From: Eledone cirrhosa
Lineage: Eukaryota
Direction of reading: 5' to 3'
DNA length: 64,000 bases
Assembly: GCA_964016885.1 (NCBI GenBank)
Contig: OZ024743.1
Location: 341,868,001 to 341,932,000 of the forward strand
Below the pieces are notes generated by a model. The model saw only the letters and a program-made list of their open reading frames with translations. It ran no database searches and was not told the DNA's origin. This document shows, piece by piece, positions 14,549 to 28,203 of the stretch. The position numbers were made by a program, and so were the translations under genes. Position 1 is the first letter of the stretch. Each line of letters opens with the position of its first letter.

Positions 14549-15363
14549 TTCTTGATATATTTCTTTTTTCTTTTTCTTTTCTTTTCTTTTTATTTCTAAG
14601 TTTATAGATACATCTATAAATAAGCAGCCTGCCGAAACCGTTGAATACTGACCTCTCCCCCCCTCCCACCTAATTTCTGTATCTTGATCTAAATGTGTGT
14701 GGCAGTGGTTATGTGCGTGCATTGATATCCATGTGCTTATGATAATATTATATCCACATATATATGTGTGTGGGGGTGTGTGTGTGTATGTATGTTCGTA
14801 ATTATGTGTATGTTTATGCATATACGCGCGTGTGTGTGTGAGTGTACGGATATGTGTTGAGTATGTGAATATGTGTATACACTTATTTCATATTTATGTG
14901 TCTATACGCATTTTATCTGTGGATTATAAACTTACAGAGACATTAGCCTTGAATTTTTGTATTTGCATACATCTTTTTGGCATGCGTATGCATGTTGAGC
15001 ATATATCTTTGTATAAATATGTGTACGAAGTTAATTACATGTATATACACACACCAAACTGCATAAAAATTTTTTGTATTTTCATTGGTCAATTTGAACT
15101 CCGTTCCCAAACGGACCTGAAATTTTGAATTGTTGTTATTATCAATAAATATATTTCATTATTTCTGAAGACGGCATATATGTGTGTTTGGTATGTATAT
15201 TTAATCTTGATAGTTTGTATAATTTTGTATAATTTTGTACATAGATCTGTTGAATATGCATGCCAATTCTAACACATATATATCCTAGAAACGATCGTTA
15301 AATAATGAACTTTTTTTGTTTAATATAAGGAACTGTTTCATTGTTTTATTCATTATTTGTTTA

Positions 15364-15372
<9 letters not shown>
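9818..15372. repeat. Large near-perfect inverted repeat: ~2.0-kb arms (9818-~11822, ~13379-15372), ~1.55-kb spacer
   Basis: mirrored ORFs 10062-10358(-)/14832-15128(+); each arm has a 568-bp internal tandem duplication and a terminal HHR. Confidence 0.95.
15155..15309 (+). ncRNA. Hammerhead with ~116-nt stem II (mirror copy 9881-10035 on -)
   Basis: 10-bp stem I ttcattattt/aaataatgaa; ctgaaga; gaa-acgatcgt-t. Confidence 0.85.
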
Positions 15373-15401
<29 letters not shown>

Positions 15402-15692
15402 CATATATATATATATATCTGGTTGAGTGCTTAATTCAGTTTGTGTATGGAACTTATTCCATTGCTCATAATTTGAATTCGACTGCCATAAACCGGGCTT
15501 GGCTCCCTTTGGACCAACATGTGCTATCACGGCCGGACTGGTGTCAGAACGGGAGCCTCTTGAGAAAGTAAATCTACTGTTCGATCTTCCAGAAACTTAA
15601 CTTGCATACACTGCAAGCGGATTTTGTTGATTTCGGATTTACAGAAACCTAACTGAGATATTGCAAAATTTCCAAGTGATGGTCCAGGTTTG

Positions 15693-15836
<144 letters not shown>

Positions 15837-16497
15837 TTATATATTTACTCTTGGTGCAACGGATATGAACTTTCCCGATATAAGGTATGACTCTCTTTGT
15901 TTATTTTTTTATATGAATATTGATTGTTTGTTCTTGTATCTCATTCTGTTATTTTGCCCGAGAAAATATCTATGTGTGTCATCAAGCGATGTACACATAT
16001 GGTTATTTTTTCAAATCCAATTGAGTTCTAGCACGTGGCTTGAATTCTTTACAGAATTCATTGATCTGCGCATTTATTGTTTTTTGGCGGCAATCTCCTT
16101 CCTCCTTTTTTCGAGACAGTGTGAGATTTCTTTAGGACTGCTGGGCTAACAACATAGCAGCTACCTTAAGCAGTGATGGTGATTATCGCTAGATATTGAT
16201 GTTGATTTGGTTATCAATATTAATATTATTGGGCACTCACTGAAGAATTATAAGAGCCCACTTGAATAAGTTTCTGTTGATCTTATACAAGCTTCTACTT
16301 TCACCCAACTTGTAGAAATTTTCTGGGAAGGGATATATTTGATATATCACATATGAAATGATACAGCCAATTTTCCACACAATACAATTAGTTAGCACCC
16401 CGAACGTTTAATTAGGAATATACTCAGGTATGTCTTAATGTTTGCTGAGTGAGTTGCGATTTGGCCGGAGTATCGCTATTAGCTTTCCCGGATTATG

Positions 16498-16616
<119 letters not shown>

Positions 16617-16703
16617 TACTAGGGAGAGGATCAGGGGTGTATAACACTCCACTTATCCAGCAGGCAGTATAAGGTTAGCTCGATGTCTGAGGACAGAGCC
16701 GTG

Positions 16704-18468
16704 ATATAATAAATAACAAAGAACGCCTATAGCATATGCATATCTTTACTTGCTAACATTGTTTCATCCGCACTATAAGTGGGACTCATCAGAGCATAAA
16801 GGTTAATTACATACCACACAAGCAATAACAAATCCAAGACATTGAAGAATGAAAAATAATAGAAGATAAAGGATATTAAGGAAGTAAAAGTAAAAATAAA
16901 AATAAAAATAAAAATAAAAATAATAAAATAAACAATGAAAAATAAGGGGTGCTATCAGTCACAGTTGGGCGGGGTGCTGTCAACATATATTTACATACAA
17001 GCATACACATGGATAAGAGAACAGACAAGAGTAGATAAGATAGATAGGATTAGGTAAGAGTAGGTAAAAAATAGGTGAAAAATAGGTAAAAAATAGACTT
17101 ATAATATATATAAGAAAATATAAAAAAATATAACAAACATACATATAAAATATAAAATATACAGATAATAGTGATACAGGGTAAGGAATGAAATAAAATA
17201 ATATAAAATTAAAATTAAAATTATATAAAATAGAACATAATATAATATAATCATAAAATAAGATAAAATAAGGTAAACTAAAATAAAATAAAATAGACTA
17301 AAGTAAAATAATATAATATAAAATATAATTAAATGTAATTAAATAAATAAATAAATAAATAAATAAAATTAAATAAATAAATAAAATTAAAATTAAAATT
17401 AAATAAATAAATAAATAAATAAATATGTAAATAAGTAAATAAATGAAAATTAAATAAATAAATAAATAAAATTAAATAAAATGAAATGAAATAAAATAAA
17501 ATAAAATAAAGTAAATTGAGATAAGATATATATTTTTTTAGAATATATCTCTTGAATATATCAGGGGCCCACGAAGGCACTAAGTGTCACAGTTATCTGT
17601 ATCACTTGACCATTTTTTTAGAATATATTTCTTGAAAACATCAGGGGCCCACGAAGGCACTAAGTGTCACAGTCACCAGTATCACTTGACCATTGCAAGG
17701 CAATGGAGGCGTCCCAGGTTGGGCAGTCTCAAAAGTTCACTCGAAAGTCACGGGTGTGCATTCACACAGTTGAGCGGTGGGGTAATCACAAACCGGTTCA
17801 CACCCGGGCAGGAGTCCAATGGTCAAACAGAGGTACATCGAAGGAAGGTAGGAGAATTCACGTGCAGTAGCAAGAGGCCGAAAGCAAGGTGCAGGCGGGT
17901 TAGCCAAAGCAAGCAGACACAGTTGGAGCGCATACAAAAGATATATAAAAAGACAAAAGATATATAAAAAATAGCTTCAAGAGCCATGAAGTCACCGCAT
18001 TGGGACATCACAAGATTATACACACCAATATGTTCAGCACGTATATGCACATATACACACCACATGCATATGCAGAGACGGTATACATATATATATATTT
18101 TTTTATATACAGACATATACAACCACCTACACCCATACACATATAAATGTATACACAGACACACGCACACACACACAGCGTAGGACACCCGGGTCAAAGC
18201 TGATATTAAACACAGAAATACCACATTAGGCAAGACCCACCACCACGGATAATACATTCAAAAGAAATATATTCTAAAAAAATGGTCAAGTGATACAGAT
18301 AACTGAGACACTTAGTACCTTCGTGGGCCCCTGATATATTCAAGAGATATATTCTAAAAAAATATATATCTTATCTCAATTTACTTTATTTTATTTTATT
18401 TTTTTTCATTTCATTTTATTTAATTTTATTTATTTATTTATTTAATTTTCATTTATTTATTTATTTAC

Positions 18469-18504
<36 letters not shown>

Positions 18505-19408
18505 TTTTAATTTTAATTTTATTTATTTATTTAATTTTATTTATTTATTTATTTATTTATTTAATTACATTTAATTATATCTTATATTATATTATTTTAC
18601 TTTAGTCTATTTTATTTTATTTTAGTTTACCTTATTTTATCTTATTTTATGATTATATTATATTATGTTCTATTTTATATAATTTTAATTTTAATTTTAT
18701 ATTATTTTATTTCATTCCTTACCCTGTATCACTATTATCTGTATATTTTATATTTTATATGTATGTTTGTTATATTTTTTTATATTTTCTTATATATATT
18801 ATAAGTCTATTTTTTACCTATTTTTCACCTATTTTTTACCTACTCTTACCTAATCCTATCTATCTTATCTACTCTTGTGTTCTCTTATCCATGTGTATGC
18901 TTGTATGTAACTATATATTGACAGCACCCCGCCCAACTGTGACTGATAGCACCCCTTATTTTTCATTGTTTATTTTATTATTTTTATTTTTATTTTTATT
19001 TTTATTTTTATTTTTATTTTTATTTTTATTTTTATTTTTATTTTTATTTTTATTTTTATTTTTATTTTTATTTTTATTTTTATTTTTATTTTTATTTTTA
19101 TTTTTATTTTTATTTTTATTTTTATTTTTATTTTTATTTTTATTTTTATTTTTATTTTTATTTTTATTTTTATTTTTATTTTTATTTTTATTTTTATTTT
19201 TATTTTTATTTTTATTTTTATTTTTACTTTTACTTCCTTAATATCCTTTATCTTCTATTATTTTTCATTCTTCAATGTCTTGGATTTGTTATTGCTTGTG
19301 TGGTATGTAATTAACCTTTATGCTCTGATGAGTCCCACTTATAGTGCGGATGAAACAATGTTAGCAAGTAAAGATATGCATATGCTATAGGCGTTCTTTG
19401 TTATTTAT

Positions 19409-19413
<5 letters not shown>
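16704..19413. repeat. Inverted repeat: arms 16704-17633 and 18262-19413, each with an HHR
   Basis: arms are reverse complements; right arm has an expanded (TTTTTA)n at ~18975-19225; 82-bp tandem duplication at 17532-17694. Confidence 0.92.
19321..19366 (+). ncRNA. Minimal type I hammerhead (mirror copy 16751-16796 on -)
   Basis: tgct-ctgatga-gtcccact tat agtgcggat-gaa-acaatgt-t-agca. Confidence 0.85.
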
Positions 19414-19445
<32 letters not shown>

Positions 19446-19633
19446 TTTTTTCTCGCGGGTCAGTTCTTTCATTGCGACGGACACCGCGGCTGAATTCCCG
19501 GTCGTTATCTTCAATTTACAAAGCCCTTTAAACTGTATGTCAATACTCTGAGATGTTATACCTTCTCGAGTGCTTGGCTGCGGCTAAAGCTTCGAATATG
19601 TTGTACCTCCATTTATATATATATATATATATA

Positions 19634-20334
19634 TATAAATTCAGCGAGAATCGCATTTCGGCGGGTGGAAAAAGCGAAACGCAACGCAAATTCCGAGTCA
19701 TGCTGGCAAGCGCTCCATGGGTTAAATATACCAGAGCAATAAACATAGGTTATAAAGGCCATACAAACTGAAAAGGCGGTCAAGAAGCCATTAACCACCT
19801 AAGCCCAAAAAAAACGAGTCAAGCTAAATGGGTCAGACAAAATAAATGACATATTCACCCGGACCATTGGAATTGATGGTATAATCCAGTATAGGGTTTC
19901 TGCGATACCTAAATCAATAATACTATCTGCTTAAAACAATAATCTTTTGGTATAATAATCGAACGAGGAATATCACGTTATCAACGGGTATTTTGTTCTG
20001 CACCAGTGTTGTGGATGACACAGTGTTTTGTAAAAGCACATGTGTAACTCACAGTTGAAAAATACCCAGATTTTGGCAAATGAATTCCTTATGTGTAAAT
20101 CCATGCAACAAATTGCATAAACAGCACCAATCGAATAAGCGCTCGACCGAGTTGTTTTTAAAGTAAACTTATGCAATTAATCAGTCAATAGAATTATTAA
20201 CAGGTTACTTGTAAGACTCGGGAAATTAATAACTATAAATTCAGCGAGAATCGCATTTAGGCGGGTAGAAAAAGCGAAACGCAACGCAAATTCTGAATCA
20301 TGCTGGCAAGCGCCCCATGATCAATAAACATAGG

Positions 20335-20338
<4 letters not shown>
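19634..20338 (-). mobile_element. Terminally redundant element, period 600 nt
   Basis: tcagcgagaatcgcattt at 19641 and 20241; (TA)n flanks; HHR-like core 19896-19984. Confidence 0.75.
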
Positions 20339-20394
<56 letters not shown>

Positions 20395-20397
<3 letters not shown>

Positions 20398-21920
20398 TCT
20401 GCTGGGGGGAAATGCTTCATAATAATGGAGTGAAAGATCTTAGCTAACAGTGTGGCCACCTCCATATTATATGGTGGGTTATACCAAATAATGCGTCGGG
20501 ATCTATTTTTCCTAGGTCTATGCTCATACTCGGTATATGCTACCTTATCGACAAATCCACTCCGAGCAAGGGCTTCATTGTAATATGTGGAATGGTCGGT
20601 GAAAATATGCTCGTTTATAGATAGACGGGAAAGCCTCAAAGAAACGTTTCTTACCAGATTCTTGGTTATGCTGGCAGGATGGTTAGAATGCTTAAGCGTA
20701 TCATTCGACTTTCTATATGAGTAGTGCAAGCCATTCGACAAATTGAGGGTAACGTCGAGGTAATTAACGACCGAGAGGTTGGCCTCAACCTGTATGGAGA
20801 AATTGAAGCCATTAAAGATTGCTGAAAGTTCTTTTCTGAACCTGTCCCAAGTGTGTGGGCCGCACTTTCTCACGGTACAAACCACCGCCCACGTTGTGGA
20901 ATTCTTCCTTGATAGAGAAAAGAAGGAAAAAGGCCAATGAGATCAGTAACCTCCGCAGAATCGCTGGCGCTCATACTCACGTCTAATGGGGTACTATTAG
21001 ATTTTTTAAATCCAAATAGAGTCGTCGAAATTAATCACCGACGTACGCGCATTGAGGATGACATCAACTTCGAAATCCTTAACCTCCTTGAACGTTTTAG
21101 CGAAATTGATAGCTCTAGGAATAAGTGGTAAAGTGATGGAGGAGTAGTAATTATTGATGTTGAATTGGATAAAACGGCAATGTTCCTTGTTGCATATGCC
21201 GTTGAACCAATCAATCACCGCGAAAGAATTGTTCCACAATGCAAGAGGGGCCAAGCTTGTAATTTTAGGCATAATTCTATCTAAAATCCTTTTACTAAGT
21301 CTACCTAAATCGAACTTCGTAGGGTTAATAAGCCGAATGGAGGCGTTGTTCCGGAAATGGGATATGTGATCCTTCAGGTTAAAGTGGTGAGAAATAGGGT
21401 CCAGAGGTTCAATCCGGGCCATGATGTTGAGATCAGAGGTGATTTTAAACGCAACACGTTGATGTCATTAATGACACTCCGATTAGTTTTACGGTAATCC
21501 TTAGTTACAGCATTATGTAGCAGTTGATGGTAAGTACTGCGCTCCACTTGATATAGATTACCAGTTTTGTCGGAGTGAACGTGCACGGCATTAGAATCCC
21601 TAATAGAACGAATTCTATTCTTCAGGACCTGCTGGAAGGAATTGCTTCTATTCCGAAATGTGATACTCTGTATGAGTTCCAAGACATCATTTTCGAAGGG
21701 TAGCAATGCTGGGTTACTCGGAGGATTATTGTAGGTTTTAAACGCAAATTTATCCTGTTTGTTGTCCGCTTTACCCTGATTATCGAAATAAAAGGCACGC
21801 CAGCGCAACCTTTTAATGACGAGTCTGTTTTCGGTATCAAGAGTTTTAGGTATTTCTTCTTGCTTGGTACGGGTATGTTCTTTGTAGAAATATTCAGATG
21901 TTGTTTCTGCATGATGAGTA
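20395..21920 (-). mobile_element. Penelope-like element (Penelope/Poseidon-type RT), frameshifted, 3' truncated
   Basis: NISTKNIP, RWRAF, SDKTGNLY, RLINPTK, VNYLDVTLNL and IIWYNPPYN motifs across ORFs 20298-21972. Confidence 0.9.
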
Positions 21921-21924
21921 TAAC

Positions 21925-22305
21925 GGAAAATAACGAAGATAATACGTCATTATTTGGAACGGTAAGAAACATGCAAAGACAAAAGCACGTTTATGGTAAA
22001 AATGAAGTCGTAGACTATTCGTTTTTTTCAGTTCTTTGCCAGGGAACGTCTCCACGAACCAAAGTATCGTCTTCCTGTCTTCCTTCGGTTGCAATGTTTT
22101 TGGAAATATTTACTTCTGCATTCACAGATTGATAATTTTAGTTTCAGAAGATCCCGTTAAGGGTGAAAGCAGCGATTCTTTGCTTAAACTTTAATCTGTT
22201 ATTTTAATAAATATTTGCTCTACGAATCTTATATATTTGATATATATTTATCCTTATCGAACCCTCTTTGGATTTTAGTCTTCAAATTTATTATTATTAC
22301 TATTA
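21925..22305. repeat. pLTR/5'UTR of the adjacent PLE with inversion; family copies at 25364-25480, 28920-29125, 58175-58715
   Basis: shared ccacgaaccaaagtatcgtcttc..cttccttcggttgcaa and ccctctttggattttagtcttc. Confidence 0.8.
22140..22190 (+). ncRNA. Hammerhead variant with CAGAAGA core (second copy 29061-29111)
   Basis: agttt/aaact stem I; ccc/ggg stem II; gaa-agca..tgct-t. Confidence 0.65.
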
Positions 22306-22330
22306 TTAATATTTATATATATACATATAT

Positions 22331-23010
22331 ATAATGCAAACCTAATTATATCATTGAGTGAGGAAGCGACCAAGGCTATATCAATTCTCTTCGACTAGCT
22401 TCGTATATCTTTTTTATATAAACCCCTAGGCTAACCTGCATTTAAATTGTGAATTGAACTTTTTTTTAATTTATTCAAGTTATTTATTGTTTGTAACTAT
22501 ATCTTTGTTTCTCTACAGAAGCATCCTGGTTGAGTGCTTCTTGCGAATTCAAATTTTCAATCTTGAATTACCACTATCGCGTTCCCTAAAATTGTTCTGG
22601 CTTACTTCTTCTTTCATGAGAGGTCATGTGTCACTAAAAGTCTTGATTTGATGACCGACACTGCTGTGTATTAATCGACGAAACGGACCCTCTCATTCGT
22701 GGGAGGCTAAGATTCGCTGAGAAAGCAATTTACAGCCTAATTGCGTAATTTCTTATGATTTTACCTACTTTCTGTGAACGGTGGTTCCAAATTGACTAGA
22801 TTTAAAAGATCGGAATTTCAGAAACTAAGACTTAGAAAAGAGTTTGATATGTTAAGATCATATCCTCACGAAGACATTTTTATGACTGATTAAAGTATGT
22901 GAGCACACTGGGTAATGGGTGTGTCTTTTCAATAATACAAACCTAATTACATCTGTGAGTGAGTGAGAGAACGATTGAGATTGTGTCGATACGCTTCGAC
23001 TAACTTCGTA
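22331..23010 (+). mobile_element. Old terminally redundant element (period ~602 nt) with decayed HHR at 22768-22840
   Basis: ataat(g/a)caaacctaatta..cttcgacta(g/a)cttcgtata at 22331 and 22933. Confidence 0.6.
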
Positions 23011-23230
23011 TATATGTACATATGTATGTGTGTGGGGGGGGGGGGTGCACGCGTGTACGTGTATATATATAAATATATTAGGTTATGCAAAAAATGCTTA
23101 GGATTATCCTGAATGCAGTAATGGTTAATTACTATGATGTCTACCTGTTTTATTAATCATTCTTTATATATATAAATATATATATATATATACACACACA
23201 CACATAAATATATATATATATATACACACA

Positions 23231-23309
23231 CAGGGTGTCCCCAAAATTGCATACATCACTTCAAGAACATTCTAATAAAAGTATGTACACATTTTGGGGG
23301 AACACCCTG
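23231..23309. mobile_element. Tc1/mariner-type MITE
   Basis: TIRs cagggtgtccccaaaa / ttttgggggaacaccctg, TA at right end. Confidence 0.75.
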
Positions 23310-24303
23310 TATATACATACATAAACATACACAACATGGACTCCAGATTATAGATAACAATATGGTTGGTTTAGACTGGTCATAAAATGAGATACTATAA
23401 TAGTGATTTTAATTATAATGCAAGTGTCATCATTAGCAATAAGCTACTAAGATATTAATAAAAGACAATCATTAACACAACATTGAGGTGTTGCTTACAA
23501 GCTCTCTCAGGTCAAGGTATATAAAGTTAATAGTGAGTGGAAGAAAGTGTTTACATGTCTGAAACCTATCGTTTAAAAGGTTTATACAAAATAAAACTAA
23601 GTACTCGAATATCTACATATGATTTCAATTATATGTCTAGAATATGTTTTTTTTATTCTGCAACTGACAAAGTTTTCTCTACCATAAATTAACGACGTTC
23701 TTTAATACCTCGTCATTTTAAATGGAAATTCATGAATGAGTGAGGATTGTGAAGATGTACAAATTAATAGACTATGTTTAAGATTATAACTATTATGTGG
23801 TTGGGCCATTCAGTTCATTTTCATCTTTATCTTATATTATGTCTTATATTGTCTGCATAAATACAATTTCCCGTCGGCCGCCGCGTGCATACAACAATAC
23901 ACGGACACTATGTACTGTTTGCCGAAATCAAAAAATGGTAGGAAAAGATTATTAGAGAACACATATCTACTCTACTGAATACACTACAAAGAAACAAATT
24001 AAATGAGTAAAGATAAAAACAATATTTATAATATGGGGCTTTTCTTTAATCTTTATTTTTGTAGCTATTTATCACCAGCGTAGCTAACAGAAAGTCGAAT
24101 GACCACAGTTATTGCAGCTATGGTCACAATATTTTATCTAGACATCCGAAAACAGAATTAAATTTTCGAATATATAAAATAATTGTCAGTATTGTGTAAT
24201 CGCAGTAGTCGTTGTAATTGTTATTTAGCCTTAGATTAAGGCTGGTACAGCACACCAATAATGAAAGACACAACAGCTATGTCCACGTCCGTCTTTTCAT
24301 ACA

Positions 24304-24420
24304 TAATTGTTTCTACTTTAGGCACAAGGCCAGCAATTACCCAGTACATTACTGGTACTTTATTTTATCGACCCCGTAAGGATGAAAGGCAAAGTTAACC
24401 TCGGCGGGATTTGAACTCAG
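24304..24420 (-). mobile_element. tRNA-SINE family 1, 3' part
   Basis: reverse complement of 49614-49730. Confidence 0.88.
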
Positions 24421-25146
24421 ATATAATGGTTCTAGGACATAAATGCTTTCTAAGTTGTTTTGTCATTGTTATTCCTGTTATTGTTGTTGTTCTTTAAAGC
24501 CTGAATCGTACAAAAGGAGCTGAACAATGACCACCTATAGTATTGCCAGACAGAATACTTAATATCACATTATTTAATGTGATCTTCTTTTCTGCTGTTT
24601 CGTGTCAGAGCAGTCCTATTTTATATAATTCTAGTTTATATAATCTATGATAAATAAACATTTCTGTTGTGACAATCACGTCTTTCATTTAGATATAGTG
24701 TTCGAGGACTAAATAATCTATTTGTCCTTGTTTAAGCCAAAAGCAGAAAACATGACCAAGAACATGAAATTCTGTAAACATAAGAGTTGCCATGAATTTA
24801 TTAGTTACATAAATTTTCACCAAGAGCAACAGTGTTCAGAAATAATTGGATTCAGCTGAAATAAGCCCGCTGAATATTTGTTTTCTTTTATCATAAGATG
24901 GTAGTTATAGAACGAGGTCTCTTAATGTAACTAGATTTTATTACATTTTCTATCAAAGAAGCTTTAACAATACCAACGAGGATGTTTCTACATAGTCATC
25001 GATCAGCAATAAATAGCAGGCAAATGTTCTACAAATTACAACGTGCCAGCTTACAAAAGAAAACGATCGATATATGCATATGTATATATATATGTACATA
25101 TGCACCTGAAGTGGCGTATAAATACCATATTTATTTTTTGATACCC

Positions 25147-25197
25147 AGATTCCTGATGATTTCTAAAGAATGAAACAGTTCTAGTCCTGTAAAATCT
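25147..25197 (+). ncRNA. Type I hammerhead (second copy 41717-41767)
   Basis: ctgatga-ttct/agaa-gaa-acag ttctagtc ctgt-a; shared 80-nt 3' tail ending at (TA)n. Confidence 0.8.
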
Positions 25198-25279
25198 CAT
25201 CTATATTAAAACTTTTATACTCTGCTATGTATTGAGTACCTTACTTACTGTGGTTACCTCCGATTCAACCCGGAATAAC

Positions 25280-25365
<86 letters not shown>

Positions 25366-26053
25366 TAAAATAATAGATTTTAATAAATATTTGCTCTACA
25401 GTTCTTATATATTTGATATATATTTATCCTTATCGAGCCCTCTTTGGATTTTAGTCTTCAAATTTATTATTATTACTATATGATATCCATTTAAACCTCC
25501 TTTTTTTAAAAAAAACAACAGATAATTAATGTGGATTCTTATTCGAAAATATAATTCCCTACAGGGAAAACTTCATTCTAACCACTCTAACACAATACAA
25601 TACTTACACAAACTTTAGTATTTTCTTACCTATATAATATTTTATCTAAATTTTACTTCCATTTGGTTCCATTTATGTTCCTCTACTTATTATTATATAT
25701 GTTTAGAATAAATTATTCCTTTCAACAAAGAAATAACAAACACTTTAAGATTGTTCTATACCATTCTATTTGATGTAAACACACTCATCTCAGTACCCCT
25801 TTTCCTCCAACCGTAATCTTCTTTGACCATCAACACTTTTATATACAATATGTCTAAATTCATTTACACTAGCAACTTTCATTTCTTTTCTTAAAAGGCA
25901 TGTGATGCCTCATCCCCTGACGGCTTATTTATTTACTACTACTACCAACTTAAGGATCTATACTGCCCCTTCCTATTCTTACTATTGGTCAACCTCAACC
26001 TGGTTATAAAACTTGTTCATATATATGTTTTTTTGTATTCTTCAATAAACAAA

Positions 26054-26196
26054 ACTCATTATTACTGAAGACGGCGGGCAGTGAAGACGTATGTATATTT
26101 TCTTACTATGATATTTTGTAATATATTTTACATAGATCAATAATAGAATGGACATACGAGGAACTACCCCGCAGAAACGATCGTAAAATAATGAGT
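26054..26196 (+). ncRNA. Long-stem-II hammerhead, divergent relative of 15155
   Basis: actcattatt/aataatgagt; ctgaaga; gcggg..cccgc; gaa-acgatcgt-a. Confidence 0.82.
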
Positions 26197-26242
26197 ATTA
26201 CTATGAATTAACCGTTTTTTGTTTAATTCCATTGTTTTAATA

Positions 26243-26402
<160 letters not shown>

Positions 26403-28058
26403 TGTGCGTATGTGCGTGTATATACGATCATACATACATATATGGAACGATTCAATGCAGTAGGTAGGTTACATATTGGTTCTTAAGATGAAAACCACAA
26501 ACCACAGACATGATAGACCATAAAATATCCGACGTTAGTCTCATTATTGCCAACTGTAAAATATTGTCTTCTAGTTTCTAGCTTCCAATGAGGAATAATG
26601 TGATAGCTACAATAATCTAGAATGCATTGCAGAAGATCAAAATATTATCAAGGAGGGGGACTATGTTTAGACTGCTGGCTCAACGGTATACTGGTGGAAT
26701 CTAGAAATGAAAAATCGCAACAAAATTATATCACAACAATCCTGATATTTGTTGTTTGGAACCATACATGCACTGTTGTAGAAGTCAGCTGCCTACTTTC
26801 TCTCTATGTCGTAAGAAGAATGCAAGTAAAGGGGGTTATCTATATACCATTGAGTAACTTGCAAGATACACGTTCGGCTTCATACACATTTTTAATGGCG
26901 CTACAGGTTATATACCAACCCACGTAGAATAAGAATAACTGAACTTGGATTTATGAAAAAAAAGAACGTCGCTCCTTAATTCCTAATCTACAAATGGCCG
27001 TGAAGTTTTGGAACCTTCAAAATATGTAAAATATTCTTACAGTTCAAAGGATGAACGCTTACACAACACACGCCAAAATGTTCCTTTCTTTACAACCTTG
27101 CCACTGGGAATGTGGCCGGTCAAAATTAAACTCAAAATTTAGAGAAAAAGATAACATATTATAAGATTGTTTGAAAAACCGTTGGGGACAAATATATACG
27201 GCCTGTGTATAATTCCATTTTTAGACTCCACTCTATTAGTCAGGTATATATTCACAAAATATGGTTAAATTCACATTTTCCTGTGTCGATTACGCGCGTT
27301 TCGCGGGAGAATCTATTTCTTCGGCAGCTCGTTAGTTTGACATATTTGTTATGGATGTGATGTTTAATGTTTTACAAAAGAGTTCTTATGGAAGGGGTGA
27401 TAACTTCAGGGAATCAATTGTAAATTAAATAATGTGGGATAACTCTTACATAGACTTGTGCAAAATAGAAGGCCCTTGTTAATACTTACGGTTGGAAAAT
27501 CTATTATGTGGTGCGGAAATATATAGCAGGAGTGTATACTTAGAATATGCCTTGGGTGGTAGATAGATATTGTAGAGGTTAGAACTTCTTTGACGATTTT
27601 TTTGTCTGTGTTAGAAAGGTAAAATTGTATAGTGAAGATGGGGATAAAGTTAAAATGACAGGTTGTGGTTTGTGGTTGACTAGATCTTATCCAGCGTTCT
27701 CCTAGTATGTAGGACGTGCGGGCAATGTTGGAAAAAATGTCGGCTTTCGTTTTAGATATATTTTTGTAGTAATTTTTTGCACAATTTACATGCCTTCACA
27801 AATCTACAATCTCACGACAGCCGGATTTGTTACGGCCTAACACATACACTCACCCCTCACACACACACGCACACACACGCACACTCACGCACACATGTTT
27901 TCGCAAATCCTACAAGGATTATCTCCCTTTCTAAACCATGTAGCCTACTTTCCCCCGAAATAGTTGATTGAACACGCGTGCTTTTTTTCCACCAATACTT
28001 TTCTTCTGTTTACTCTTCAATTCAGTCTTTCTATTTCTTTTATGTCCGATCCTATCTT

Positions 28059-28090
28059 CTGATGAAGGACTGGCGTTCGAAACCTTAAAG
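28059..28090 (+). ncRNA. Decayed minimal hammerhead (weaker relatives near 631 and 52540)
   Basis: ctgatga-a-ggac tggc gttc-gaaac; stems I and III unclear. Confidence 0.5.
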
Positions 28091-28203
28091 CTCTTTTCCT
28101 ACTAGCGGTAAAATAACATGTATCGTCATAAAACTGCATTGTCTGATTTTCTCTTTTCCGTTTCCTTTTCATATACACACACATAAATATATTTATGTAT
28201 ATA

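Noticed and set aside
10369-14821. Long YI/CV/HT-rich ORFs (also near 38800-44400 and 54300)
   Set aside because: Translations of dinucleotide repeats that lack stop codons
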